Shown in pieces: positions 36,396-46,470 of a stretch of 64,000 nucleotides of DNA. Position 1 is the stretch's first letter. Every line of letters starts with the position of its first letter. Source of the DNA: an uncultured Pirellulaceae bacterium (GTDB lineage Bacteria > Planctomycetota > Planctomycetia > Pirellulales > Pirellulaceae); assembly GCA_905480235.1 (NCBI GenBank), contig CAJQPP010000032.1:4127-68126 (forward strand), given 5' to 3'. The notes beneath the pieces are model-generated. The model was not told the origin of the DNA. It searched no databases and was given only the letters and a program-made list of their open reading frames with translations. The position numbers were made by a program, and so were the translations under genes.

Positions 36396-39300
36396 ATGCC
36401 TGAAAACACCCGTCCCTTTGTGCATTTGCATTGCCACAGTCATTACAGTCTGTTGGATGGTGCCAGTTCCATTCCTCGCTTGGTCACCCGTGCCAAGGAT
36501 CATGGTATGAACGCACTGGCGATCACAGATCATGGCAACTTGCATGGGGCGCTCCAGTTTTATCAGCTGGCCAAGAAAGAGGGCATCAATCCGATCATTG
36601 GCTATGAAGCTTATGTTGCACCCCATAGTCGTTTGAAAAAGGGGGGAGGTAAGCCGGGTGAAAAAAGTTACCACCTGACCCTGTTGTGCCAGAATGCGAC
36701 AGGGTTTCGAAACTTGGTGAAAATGGCTTCTTCGGCTTCGCTGGAAGGATTTTACTTTAAGCCACGGATTGACCGCGAGTTGTTAGAAGCTCATAGCGAG
36801 GGCATCATTTGTTTAAGCGGTTGTGTTTCCAGTGAGTTCAACCAAGCCATTCTCAAACACCATGGACGGGGTGCTGAAGAGATTTTGAAACAGGCGGGTG
36901 AAGTGGCAAATTGGTTCCACTCAATTTTTGATGACCGTTACTTCATTGAGATAATGAACAATGGGGTGGGGATTCAGGAAACCTGCTTGAACGCGTCGGT
37001 CGAACTCGCCAATGCGAAGGGCATTCCGTTGGTTGCGACCAGCGATTGTCATTACGTCGATCGCGAGGATGCGGAAGCGCAAGACGTGATGTTGTGCATT
37101 AACACAGGGCGTTTTCGCACCGATACTAACCGCATGAAAATGGACGGCAGTGAGTACTATCTGCGCAGCCAGGATCAAATGTACGCCAAGTTTCCGGGGC
37201 TGGAAAATGCGGTTGCACGCAGCCAGGAAATTGCAGATTCGGTGGATATCCAGCTGGAATTGGGGAAACGACATTTTCCGGTGTACCAAATTGAGGACGA
37301 CACTCCGCCAGCGACTTTGTTACGCAAGATTTGTGAAGCCGGCCTGAAGGAACGTTATGCCGGAAACGAGGAGATGTTGCCTGGTGGCGAGTTGTCCGAA
37401 GTGGTGCAAAAAAGGCTGGACCGTGAATTAGGGGTAATCGAAAGACTCGGTTTCGAAAACTATTTCCTGATCGTCTGGGACTTTGTGCGAGAGTCGCGTG
37501 ACCGGGATATTCCCGCCACTGCCCGTGGCAGTGGAGTTGGGGCGATTGTCTGTTTCGCGACCTACATGAGTCATGTTTGTCCAATTCGCTACGACCTTCT
37601 TTTCGAGCGTTTTCTGGATGAAAACCGTATGGAGGCACCTGATATCGATATCGATTTCTGCAAGGAACGGCGGGGAGAGATGATCGACTATGTGAAGGAA
37701 AAATATGGCGCCGAGAATGTGGCGCAAATCGGCACCTTCGGTACCTTGGCCGCGAAGGCCGCAATCAAAGACGTGGGAAGAGTACTGGGTTTACCATTGT
37801 CCAAGGTGAACCAGATTACCTCGCTGGTCCCCGACCGCCCCAAAGTCAAAATTAAACATGCTTTGGCAGAGAGTCTGGATCTGAAATCTGCCTACGATAC
37901 CGATCAGGAAGTTCGGGAGATGATCGATTTTGCGCTGAAGCTGGAGGGCTTGGCACGCAATGTGGGAACTCACGCTGCCGCTGTGGTAATTGGTGACAAG
38001 CCGCTAACCGAATATTTACCCCTCACCCGGGTCACCGGAAAAGAGGACGTGATCACTCAATGGGCGATGGAGGATGTGGAGGCCGCTGGCTTGTTGAAGA
38101 TGGATTTCCTCGGCTTGAGAAACTTGACCGTGCTCAGCCATGCTGTTGAAATCATCGAACAAACCAGTGGCGAAAAGATCGACATTCACAAATTTCCGTT
38201 ACACGACGACAAAACATTTGCATTGCTGCAGCGTGGCGAAACGAAGGGCGTCTTCCAATTGGAGAGCGGCGGTATTCGTGATTTGCTGCAAAAGATGAAA
38301 CCGGATCATTTTCGGGACATCATCGCCACCGCCGCACTGTACCGCCCCGGTCCTCTGGAAGGGGGAATGGTGCAACAGTACATCGACGTTAAACATGGTC
38401 GCAAACCCGCCGAGTACAAGCACGAGGTTCTGGAGGAGATTCTGGGAGAGACCCACGGGGTCATGGTTTACCAAGAGCAGGTCATGCGAATCCTGAATCG
38501 CTTGGGCGACATCCCATTGGCTAATGCCTACACCTGTATTAAAGCGATCAGTAAGAAAAAGGAATCGTTGATCGCGGCGAACCACGAACAGTTCATTCTG
38601 GGAGCGGTGAAGAATGGATTGAATAAAAAGGAAGCCGAAGAGTTTTGGCAAATGATCCTGAAATTTGCCGGTTACGGATTTAACAAATCGCACAGTACGG
38701 CTTACGCATTGATTGCCTGGCAAACAGCCTATCTAAAAACGCATTACCCCTGTGAGTACATGGCGGCGCTGTTAACCGGAGACATTCCCCACCGCAACTT
38801 TACCCGCAAAGATGCGCTGGTTGAGCATATGGAGGATAGCCAGCGGATGGATATTGAGGTGGTGCCACCCTCGGTAAATACGTCCGGAGTCAAATTCCGA
38901 GTTGCTGATGGAAAAATTCACTTCGCGCTGTCCGCCATCAAGGGGTGTGGGGGTTCCGCAGCGCAGGCCATTGTGGCTGCTCGGGAAAAGGGTGGTCCTT
39001 TCCAAAACATATTTGATTTCTGCGATCGTGTGGAAGTTGGGCACTGTAATCGAGCTTCGATTGAGTCGTTGATTAAGTCAGGTTCCATGGATTGTTTTGA
39101 TGCAAAACGAGAGCAATTATTAGCGGCACTGGATCGGGCTTTACAATCGGGAATAGCGGCTGCCGCGGATCGATTGAGCGGACAGAAAAGCTTGTTCGGC
39201 GACGACGCCGAGGAAGAAAAAGAACAGGATATTCATCTGCCGGAAGTTCCTGATATGGAACAACGCGAAATGGTCATGGCGGAAAAGGAGGTCTTGGGAT

Positions 39301-39974
39301 ACTACCTTTCCAGCCATCCTCTGCAGGAATATGACGCCCAGTTGGCTTCCTTTCGTACCCATCTGACAAACAAGTTGACGGATTGCAAAGATCGAGAAGC
39401 CGTTGCCGTGGGTGGCATGATTTCCTCGATCAAGCATTCGAATGTTAAAAAGGTGCGGGAACCCGGTGCACCCACACGCTATGCCATGTTTGATCTGGAA
39501 GATATGGTCGGAGCCGTACGCTGTATCTGCTGGCCCACCGACTATGTAAAAGTGAGCTCCATGCTCCAGCCAGATGCGATTGTGATATGTCGCGGCAAGG
39601 TAGATAAACGCGGCGGCGATGAAGCGAATTTAATTGTCAACGAAATGATCCCGCTGGAGCAACTGGACGGGAAATACACGACTACCGTGCAGATTCTTAT
39701 CGACCAAGACAGACATGGCGAAGAAGGCCTGGAAACGCTCAAAGAAATTGTTCGGGGGTACCCCGGTTCCCGTGATTTGGAAGTGGTCATCAAATTGACC
39801 GACGGGATGGTGGTGACGTTGACCAGTCACAAATTCAAAGTCGATGTGGATGACGAGTTAAAGCGTCGAATTGAGGATTCGCTCGGTCGCGGAAGTATCC
39901 AGTACATTACCGAGGTTCCAAAACTGGAAAATAATGAAAAGCAGGGCTACCGCAAAGCGGCGGCCGCCAGTTAA
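36396..39974 (+). CDS. dnaE: DNA polymerase III alpha subunit
   Basis: The PHP domain start is FVHLHCHSHYSLLDGA. It also has GFYFKPRID, the polymerase core (DIDIDF, GVFQLES, RPGP) and a C-terminal OB region. The length is about 1190 aa. Confidence 0.95.
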   Translation: MPENTRPFVHLHCHSHYSLLDGASSIPRLVTRAKDHGMNALAITDHGNLHGALQFYQLAKKEGINPIIGYEAYVAPHSRLKKGGGKPGEKSYHLTLLCQNATGFRNLVKMASSASLEGFYFKPRIDRELLEAHSEGIICLSGCVSSEFNQAILKHHGRGAEEILKQAGEVANWFHSIFDDRYFIEIMNNGVGIQETCLNASVELANAKGIPLVATSDCHYVDREDAEAQDVMLCINTGRFRTDTNRMKMDGSEYYLRSQDQMYAKFPGLENAVARSQEIADSVDIQLELGKRHFPVYQIEDDTPPATLLRKICEAGLKERYAGNEEMLPGGELSEVVQKRLDRELGVIERLGFENYFLIVWDFVRESRDRDIPATARGSGVGAIVCFATYMSHVCPIRYDLLFERFLDENRMEAPDIDIDFCKERRGEMIDYVKEKYGAENVAQIGTFGTLAAKAAIKDVGRVLGLPLSKVNQITSLVPDRPKVKIKHALAESLDLKSAYDTDQEVREMIDFALKLEGLARNVGTHAAAVVIGDKPLTEYLPLTRVTGKEDVITQWAMEDVEAAGLLKMDFLGLRNLTVLSHAVEIIEQTSGEKIDIHKFPLHDDKTFALLQRGETKGVFQLESGGIRDLLQKMKPDHFRDIIATAALYRPGPLEGGMVQQYIDVKHGRKPAEYKHEVLEEILGETHGVMVYQEQVMRILNRLGDIPLANAYTCIKAISKKKESLIAANHEQFILGAVKNGLNKKEAEEFWQMILKFAGYGFNKSHSTAYALIAWQTAYLKTHYPCEYMAALLTGDIPHRNFTRKDALVEHMEDSQRMDIEVVPPSVNTSGVKFRVADGKIHFALSAIKGCGGSAAQAIVAAREKGGPFQNIFDFCDRVEVGHCNRASIESLIKSGSMDCFDAKREQLLAALDRALQSGIAAAADRLSGQKSLFGDDAEEEKEQDIHLPEVPDMEQREMVMAEKEVLGYYLSSHPLQEYDAQLASFRTHLTNKLTDCKDREAVAVGGMISSIKHSNVKKVREPGAPTRYAMFDLEDMVGAVRCICWPTDYVKVSSMLQPDAIVICRGKVDKRGGDEANLIVNEMIPLEQLDGKYTTTVQILIDQDRHGEEGLETLKEIVRGYPGSRDLEVVIKLTDGMVVTLTSHKFKVDVDDELKRRIEDSLGRGSIQYITEVPKLENNEKQGYRKAAAAS

Positions 39975-40025
39975 CCATTAAGAAACGTTTCCCGAAACGT
40001 GGGAAAGAAAAATATCGAGTTAATC

Positions 40026-40457
40026 ATGAAGCCTGAAAATGCCGCACGCTGGCTGACGATTTTATTTCGATTGAATGCGCTTGGGTTGACCCTCGCCGCC
40101 TTTGCCGCATTTCTTCCCAATCTATGGATGCAGCAGACCCATGCTTTCTTGGGGTTGGGTGAAATGCCGAAAACCGAAGTTGTGGAGTATCTCGCTCGTT
40201 CCTGTTCGATGCTCTATTTTATCCATGGCTTGGTACTCGCATACGTATCCTTGGACATGCGAAAGTACTGGGACTTGGTTGGTTTCCTGGCATTGCTGCA
40301 TCTGGTTATGGGGGCCTTCGTTTTTGGAATCGACCTGAAATCCGGAATGCCGGTGTATTGGACGGTTGTTGAGGGACCCAGCATCATGGTGTTTGCCTGT
40401 GTGTTGTGTTGGCTGTGGAAGCGAGCCAGCGATGTCACGTTGGCGACGGAAGGCTGA
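40026..40457 (+). CDS. hypothetical 4-TM membrane protein
   Basis: It has four hydrophobic helices and lies directly downstream of dnaE. I recognised no family. Confidence 0.55.
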   Translation: MKPENAARWLTILFRLNALGLTLAAFAAFLPNLWMQQTHAFLGLGEMPKTEVVEYLARSCSMLYFIHGLVLAYVSLDMRKYWDLVGFLALLHLVMGAFVFGIDLKSGMPVYWTVVEGPSIMVFACVLCWLWKRASDVTLATEG

Positions 40458-40573
40458 AGGCTGGTTATCGGTAGCGTGGGGGAACGTTCCGACCCAAAAA
40501 AAACGCCCATCCCGATTTGCGGGATAAGCGTTGTCTTTTCAGTAGCCAGTCAACGGAAGTGAAATGCGTTTTC

Positions 40574-40894
40574 CTAGAAACGGATTCGCACCGTCACGCC
40601 ACCACTTCGGTAGCCCGTTTGTCCGCCAGAACGATAACCGTAGGCGCGGTTGGGGTAATAGCCCCGGTACCCATAGGTAGGTCGGTAGTATCGAGCGGGT
40701 GCGCGGTAGACTCGACGAGGATAGGCACTATAGACCACGGGTGCTCGGTATCCGTATCCGTAACGCACGGCATGCGGACGATAATGACGGGGCGCTGAGT
40801 AATAGCGACCACCGTAGCATTGGCTTTGAGCTTCTGCGGCGCCCAAACAGATCATGGCAAAGGTGGCAAGTAAGAGCAAAGCAAAGCGACTCAT
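40574..40894 (-). CDS. small secreted Tyr/Arg/Gly-rich repetitive protein
   Basis: The ATG at 40894 gives the signal peptide MSRFALLLLATFAMICLGAAEA. The 84-aa mature part contains 19 Tyr and 16 Arg by my count, in YR(A)P / GYGYR / YGYRSGG motifs. The 196-aa maximal ORF upstream of this ATG looks non-coding. Confidence 0.6.
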   Translation of the reverse strand: MSRFALLLLATFAMICLGAAEAQSQCYGGRYYSAPRHYRPHAVRYGYGYRAPVVYSAYPRRVYRAPARYYRPTYGYRGYYPNRAYGYRSGGQTGYRSGGVTVRIRF

Positions 40895-41173
40895 TTTAGG
40901 TATCTCCAGGGAACGAGATTGTGGATATCTTTTGGCTCGAAACGAATCGTATTTTATCCAATGTCGCCGAATAGACGAGGTGGCATCTGAAAATGTCGTG
41001 TGGCTGGAGTTGCGCACTTTCGGGCCGGTGTTTTTGATGTGCGATGGGATCTGTGTTACGTTGACATCACCACCCTTTAAGGCCGCGCAGGCGTGGCATG
41101 CTATCACTGTTACGCCAACGTTATTTCCCGATAAAAAACAAATAAACATGCCTAAGAAACGCATTTTTCCTCA

Positions 41174-42217
41174 GTGAACCCATCAGAAAAAAACCAGCGT
41201 TTACCACCGGGCCAGCAATTGGTAGCACCCGGGAAATGGCCCTACGTCGGAGAACGAGGTCCCGCAAATTCTGCGCAGCCTTGGTCGTTATCCCTCGTCG
41301 GATTGGTGACCCAACCCGCATCTTTCTTAATCGAAGATTTGCGGGAGTTCCCGCAAACGGAAATCACAACGGATCTCCACTGCGTGACACGCTGGAGTAA
41401 ATTCGACGTTAAATTTCGAGGCGTTTTGCTGAAGGATTTGCTAAGTCATGCTGAGGTCCAGCAGCGCGCCCAGTTCGTTTCGTTCGTCGCTCGTTCTGAT
41501 CGTCACCACAGTTCCTCTTTACCCCTTAGCGAAGCATTGGAATTGGGGGTGTTATTGGCGACCCATTATGAGGGAAAGGCATTGCCCAAAGAGCATGGGG
41601 GGCCGCTTCGCGGGATTGTTCCGGGACGCTACTTTTACAAAAGCGTTAAATGGATCGAACGTATTTGTTTGCTGGAGGAAGATCGACCAGGCTTTTGGGA
41701 ATCTGAATCGGGGTATCATAACGTCGCCGATCCGTGGCGGGAGCAACGTTATATTGCCAGTTCTGTTTCCAAACGAGAGGCGGCGACCATCATTGCAAAC
41801 CGAGATTTTCGTGGGCTCGATCTCTTGAGTATCGATGTTTCTTCATTGGATCTGCGCGGCCTGCTGGCAGAGCGAGCCGTTATGCGGAACGCCGATTTTC
41901 AAAATACCCGGCTGTCCCAAGCCGATTTCCGGAACGCCAATTTATCCAACGCCCTGTTTCAAAATGCCGATTTGCAACAGGCCTGTTTTGAAAATGCTGA
42001 TCTCGAGGGCGCCGATTTTAGCGACGCCGATTTGCGGTCAGCAAATTTTTCAGGAGCCTCACTTTTTGGAGCGACGTTTTGTCGGTTGCAAGCATCGGGT
42101 GAGGTAACCGGAGTGGCGAAATTTGATAGCCACACTCGTTTCGACGCGGATGCGTTGGAGGCCTTAACCGCCGTGCAACAAGAGGTCGTTGAGAAGTGCT
42201 TGGTGCGAAATAAATAA
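41174..42217 (+). CDS. molybdopterin-dependent oxidoreductase (sulfite-oxidase/YedY-like catalytic domain) fused to C-terminal pentapeptide repeats
   Basis: The N-terminal part has LPPGQQ...W.L.L.G.V..P..F....L..F....IT.DLHCVTRWSK, HGGPLRGIVPGRYFYKSVKWI and GFWE..GYH. The C-terminal part is ADFQNTRLSQADFRNANLSNALFQNADLQQACFENADLEGADFSDADLRSANFSGASL. It has a GTG start. Confidence 0.75.
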   Translation: MNPSEKNQRLPPGQQLVAPGKWPYVGERGPANSAQPWSLSLVGLVTQPASFLIEDLREFPQTEITTDLHCVTRWSKFDVKFRGVLLKDLLSHAEVQQRAQFVSFVARSDRHHSSSLPLSEALELGVLLATHYEGKALPKEHGGPLRGIVPGRYFYKSVKWIERICLLEEDRPGFWESESGYHNVADPWREQRYIASSVSKREAATIIANRDFRGLDLLSIDVSSLDLRGLLAERAVMRNADFQNTRLSQADFRNANLSNALFQNADLQQACFENADLEGADFSDADLRSANFSGASLFGATFCRLQASGEVTGVAKFDSHTRFDADALEALTAVQQEVVEKCLVRNK

Positions 42218-42467
42218 TCGCGAGCGTGGTTGCATGGGGTCGTGCTGACAGCGAATTATCTCAGGTCGGGGTGCGTAGAGTCATGAAAATTCGCTCTAGG
42301 TATCGCGGATTTGCTGCCTTCTCCAACACCGTCCGCTGCAATCGGGTAAGGTGTGAGGTGTCGATTCGTTGCCAGCTTAGGCGATGTTTTCAGGCGTGGT
42401 AATCGACCGTATGTTGATTCCCCATACAGATTTATTTCCCATCCCAAAAACTCAGGAGCACCTTTAG

Positions 42468-44375
42468 ATGTTGCAGCGAAATATCCTCATGGTTGGAATA
42501 ATGATGATCGGTTTCATCCCCATAGCGTTGGTGGCGCAAGATGAGGATAGTCGAGATGTCAAGCAATACACGATCGAGCAATTTCTGGAGACCACCAATT
42601 ACCGAGGTGCTTCTTTTTCGCCTGACAACCTCAAGCTGTTGGTCAGCAGCGATGCGACGGGCGTGTACAACGCGTATGCGATACCGGTTGATGGTGGCGC
42701 GCCGGTGCAATTGACGGAATCAACCACCGACACAATTTCCACGATCAGTTATTTTCCGAATGACGAACGTTTTCTGTATACCGCGGATCAGGGCGGCAAT
42801 GAACTGAATCATATCTACTTGCGAAATCTGGATGGCACCAGTCAGGATTTAACACCGGGTGAAAATCTGAAAGCTGGTTTTGTTTCCTGGGCTGACGATG
42901 ACAAAAGTTTTTATGTCATTTCCAATGAACGTAATCCACGATTTTTTGACCTTTATCAATATGATGCACAATCGTTGGAGCGAGAGCTGGTATTTCAAAA
43001 TGACGATGGCTATTCCATTGGCACCGTCTCGCCTGATGGTAATTTGGTGGCCCTCAATAAAACCAACACGCGCGACGACAGCGATATTTATCTTTTCAAT
43101 AGAAAGAGCGGTGAAGTCGCCCATGCCACGCCTCATGAGGGGGACGTGAATTATCGTGCTGTGACTTTCAGTCCCGATGGCCAAGACCTTTACATTGTGA
43201 CCGACGCCGATCGAGATTTCTCATACCTGATCAAACACCAACTCAGTTCGGGTGATCGGGAAGTGGTGGCTCAACCGGATTGGGATATTGCCTCCGCAGG
43301 TTTTTCCAAAAACGGAAAATACTTTCTTTACGGCATCAACGAGGATAGCCGGAGCGTGTTGAAAGTTTTCGAGAGTGAAACGATGCAAGAAGTGGCGCTA
43401 CCCGACGTGGGTGAAGCGAACATAACGTCCTTCAACTTTTCGAATGATGAAGCCCATGTCGGGATGTATTTATCCAGCGACAAGGCTCCAGGGGATCTCT
43501 TTTACATGGGCATGGAGACGGAGGAAACGGCCGACCCGGTCAAGTTGACCGATTCATTGAACCCGGAAATCGCCCCCGATGATTTGGTGGAAGGAGAGGT
43601 CGTACGGTTTAAATCTTTCGATGGATTGGAGGTGCCGGGAATTCTTTACAAACCCCACCAGGCCAATGCAGACAATCGCGTGCCAGCACTTGTTTGGGTA
43701 CATGGGGGGCCGGGTGGCCAATCGCGCGTTGGCTATCGCGGGCTCATTCAGTTTCTTGTGAATCACGGCTACGTGGTGTACGCCATCAATAATCGCGGGA
43801 GTAGCGGCTACGGCAAAGAATTTGAGCAGCTCGATAATCGAAACCATGGCAAAAACGACTTGATGGATTGTGTCACCAGCAAGCAAATGCTGATCGATAC
43901 GGGGTACGTTGATCCTAATCGCATTGGCATCATTGGTGGGAGCTATGGAGGTTATATGACGTTGGCGGCTTTGACATTTCAACCGGAAGAGTTCGAGATT
44001 GGGGTGGATATTTTCGGGATTTCCAACTGGCATCGCACCGTTCAGAACATTCCGCCGTGGTGGGAAGCTCAGCGTAAAGCGTTGGAAAAAGAGCTGGGTG
44101 ATTTTGACGACGAAGCTTATTTCAAAAGTATTTCTCCTTTGTTCCATTCGGATCAAATCGTAAAACCGTTGATGGTTTTGCAAGGGGCCAACGATCCGCG
44201 GGTGATCAAAGAAGAGTCGGATGATATTGTGGCGGCCGTCCTTTCGAACGGGGTTCCCGTGGAATACATCGTTTTTGAGGACGAGGGACACGGTTTTCGC
44301 AAAAAGGCCAATCAACTGCGTGGCTATCGGGCAATTTTGGACTTCTGTGACCAGCATCTCAAGAAAGCCAAATAA
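42468..44375 (+). CDS. S9 family serine peptidase (prolyl oligopeptidase/acylaminoacyl-peptidase-like)
   Basis: It has a signal/TM segment and an N-terminal beta-propeller-like region (FSPDG repeats). The C-terminal alpha/beta hydrolase part has WVHGGPG, the nucleophile GGSYGGYM, and the D/H region QGANDPRV...EGHGF. AGGAG lies upstream of the ATG. Confidence 0.9.
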   Translation: MLQRNILMVGIMMIGFIPIALVAQDEDSRDVKQYTIEQFLETTNYRGASFSPDNLKLLVSSDATGVYNAYAIPVDGGAPVQLTESTTDTISTISYFPNDERFLYTADQGGNELNHIYLRNLDGTSQDLTPGENLKAGFVSWADDDKSFYVISNERNPRFFDLYQYDAQSLERELVFQNDDGYSIGTVSPDGNLVALNKTNTRDDSDIYLFNRKSGEVAHATPHEGDVNYRAVTFSPDGQDLYIVTDADRDFSYLIKHQLSSGDREVVAQPDWDIASAGFSKNGKYFLYGINEDSRSVLKVFESETMQEVALPDVGEANITSFNFSNDEAHVGMYLSSDKAPGDLFYMGMETEETADPVKLTDSLNPEIAPDDLVEGEVVRFKSFDGLEVPGILYKPHQANADNRVPALVWVHGGPGGQSRVGYRGLIQFLVNHGYVVYAINNRGSSGYGKEFEQLDNRNHGKNDLMDCVTSKQMLIDTGYVDPNRIGIIGGSYGGYMTLAALTFQPEEFEIGVDIFGISNWHRTVQNIPPWWEAQRKALEKELGDFDDEAYFKSISPLFHSDQIVKPLMVLQGANDPRVIKEESDDIVAAVLSNGVPVEYIVFEDEGHGFRKKANQLRGYRAILDFCDQHLKKAK

Positions 44376-44478
44376 CTTTCCACTTTTGCATTGCAAAGGT
44401 GCCTGAGGATTTTTAGATTCAGCGTTGTAGGCAATGTGCTTGCGACGCTTTTTCTTTGTTTTCGATTGCAGCTGAACC

Positions 44479-46419
44479 ATGGAAGTAACTGCTACCGGTA
44501 CGCGGGAATTCGAGGCTGCCCAGATTGCTGCCAACCGCGATTTATATGGCATCGAACGCTGGGGGCGGGATTACTTTGATATCTCCTCGGCGGGCAAGGT
44601 GCTCGTGAAGGCTCCTACGGAAAAGGGGTGTCAGCCGATTGAGCTGATGGAGATCATTCAGGGTCTTAAGGATCGCGGGTTGCAAATGCCCGTCATGCTG
44701 AGGCTTGAAAATCTGTTGAACGATCGGGTGGTGAAACTAAACCAGGCCTTCCGGAACGCCATTGAGACATGCGAGTACCAGAATGAATACCGTGGTGTCT
44801 TCCCAATTAAGGTGAACCAGCAACAGCAGGTGGTGGCGGAAATCGCCCGAGCCGGTGCGCCCTTTGGACATGGATTGGAAGCAGGTAGTAAAGCGGAATT
44901 GCTGATCGCCATGGCCTCACTCGATAACAAAGGGGGCCTGATTATTTGTAATGGGTATAAAGACGAAGAATTTGTCGACTTGGCTTTGCAGGCAACTCGA
45001 ATCGGATTTCGATGTTTCTTTGTTTTAGAAACCCCCCAAGAGCTGGCGATTATTTTACAGCGCGCACAGCACTGGGGGGTCGAGCCGTTTTTGGGCGTGC
45101 GACTCAAGCTTTCTACCCGCGTTGACGGACACTGGAGCGGAGATAGTGGTGACCACAGCCTGTTTGGTTTATCCACGCGGCAGTTGGTGGAAATTGTCGA
45201 TACGCTCAAGCAGGTTGGTAAACTGCAATATTTGCAGTTGCTGCACTTTCATCAGGGAAGCCAGATACCCAACATCCGCAATATTCGTGATGGTGTCAGA
45301 GAGGCCTGCCGCTATTACATCGATCTCACTCGCGAGGGAGCTGCGATGGGCTACTTCAATTTGGGAGGCGGATTGGCCGTGGACTACGATGGTTCCCGAA
45401 CCATGCAATCGAACAGCCGAAACTACGATTTGGATGAGTATTGCGTCGATATTGTGGAGGCGATTACCGAATCACTCGATCCGCACCAAGTCGCCCACCC
45501 GCTGATTATTTCCGAATCTGGCAGATGGACCGCCGCGCCGATGTCGATCCTCTTGTTTGATGTTTTGTCGGTCAGCAACTTTGAACCTGAGTCGTTACCG
45601 GAACCGCTGCCTGATGATCTTTGTGAATCGATAAAGAATTTGTTGTTTACACTCGATCACATCGAGCCCAAACGTTTACAGGAATCCTATAACGATGCCA
45701 TCTACTATCGGGATCAGATGCGACAGGATTTCCACATTGGCGAAATTCGGTTGCGCGAGCGGGCGTTGGGTGAAAATATTTGTTTGATGATCCTAAATCG
45801 GATTGCCAAACTTGTGCCAAAGATGGCGCGTCCACCTGCGGAATTGGTGGATTTACCCAAAAAACTGTCTGACATTTATTACGGGAACTTCAGTGTCTTT
45901 CAGTCATTACCGGATGCTTGGGCGATCGAGCAGGTCTTTCCCGTGATGCCATTGCACCGACTGGATGAAAATCCAAACCGCTCTGCCATCATCGCCGACC
46001 TGACTTGCGATTGCGATGGGAAACTGAATCGTTTCGTGGGTCAGGATGGGTGTGAACCAACTTTGATGTTACACGAATTGAAGCCGTCGGAAGATTATTA
46101 TTTGGGCGCGTTTCTCGTAGGGGCGTATCAAGAGACCCTCGGGGATCTTCACAATCTTTTCGGGGATACCCATGTCGCCAGTGTGCGGGTGACCGAGCAG
46201 GGCGAGCTGGAATTTATCCAAGAAATACAGGGCGACAGTATTGCGGATGTGCTTAGCTACGTTGAATACCAACCGCAGGAGCTTTATCAGCGACTGCGCG
46301 AAATGGCAGAGCGCGCGGTCCGCGATGGTAAAATATCCGTCCAGCAGCGAAAGGAGATGCTGGGTATGTATTCCGAGAGTTTGCGCGGATACACCTACTT
46401 TGAAAGCCAGGGCAGTTGA
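44479..46419 (+). CDS. speA: biosynthetic arginine decarboxylase
   Basis: YGIERWGRDYFDISSAGKV, FPIKVNQQQQVV and GLEAGSKAEL are present (the PLP Lys lies in the PIKVN context), plus the C-terminal CDCDG motif. The length is about 640 aa. Confidence 0.92.
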   Translation: MEVTATGTREFEAAQIAANRDLYGIERWGRDYFDISSAGKVLVKAPTEKGCQPIELMEIIQGLKDRGLQMPVMLRLENLLNDRVVKLNQAFRNAIETCEYQNEYRGVFPIKVNQQQQVVAEIARAGAPFGHGLEAGSKAELLIAMASLDNKGGLIICNGYKDEEFVDLALQATRIGFRCFFVLETPQELAIILQRAQHWGVEPFLGVRLKLSTRVDGHWSGDSGDHSLFGLSTRQLVEIVDTLKQVGKLQYLQLLHFHQGSQIPNIRNIRDGVREACRYYIDLTREGAAMGYFNLGGGLAVDYDGSRTMQSNSRNYDLDEYCVDIVEAITESLDPHQVAHPLIISESGRWTAAPMSILLFDVLSVSNFEPESLPEPLPDDLCESIKNLLFTLDHIEPKRLQESYNDAIYYRDQMRQDFHIGEIRLRERALGENICLMILNRIAKLVPKMARPPAELVDLPKKLSDIYYGNFSVFQSLPDAWAIEQVFPVMPLHRLDENPNRSAIIADLTCDCDGKLNRFVGQDGCEPTLMLHELKPSEDYYLGAFLVGAYQETLGDLHNLFGDTHVASVRVTEQGELEFIQEIQGDSIADVLSYVEYQPQELYQRLREMAERAVRDGKISVQQRKEMLGMYSESLRGYTYFESQGS

Positions 46420-46441
46420 GACCGTTGAGACCGTTGAGACC
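46415..46441 (+). repeat. perfect 3 x 9-nt tandem repeat (GTTGAGACC) spanning the speA stop codon
   Basis: The sequence gttgagacc gttgagacc gttgagacc places three TGA codons in the speA frame at 9-nt spacing. Confidence 0.9.
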
Positions 46442-46470
46442 ATGGACGGGCAGGGAGGCCAGTTGGGTGG

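Noticed and set aside
37126-37764. 212-aa ORF antisense within dnaE. Similar antisense ORFs occur at 36921..37289 and 38199..38723.
   Set aside because: dnaE coding is unambiguous. The antisense ORFs are Arg/Pro/Ser-rich artefacts.
40895-41173. Upstream region of the Mo-oxidoreductase fusion gene, inspected for a Moco riboswitch.
   Set aside because: I could not find the conserved Moco-motif segments. No claim is made.
43554-44552. 332-aa ORF antisense to the S9 peptidase gene.
   Set aside because: The plus strand carries the full peptidase catalytic motifs. The antisense translation has no recognisable features.
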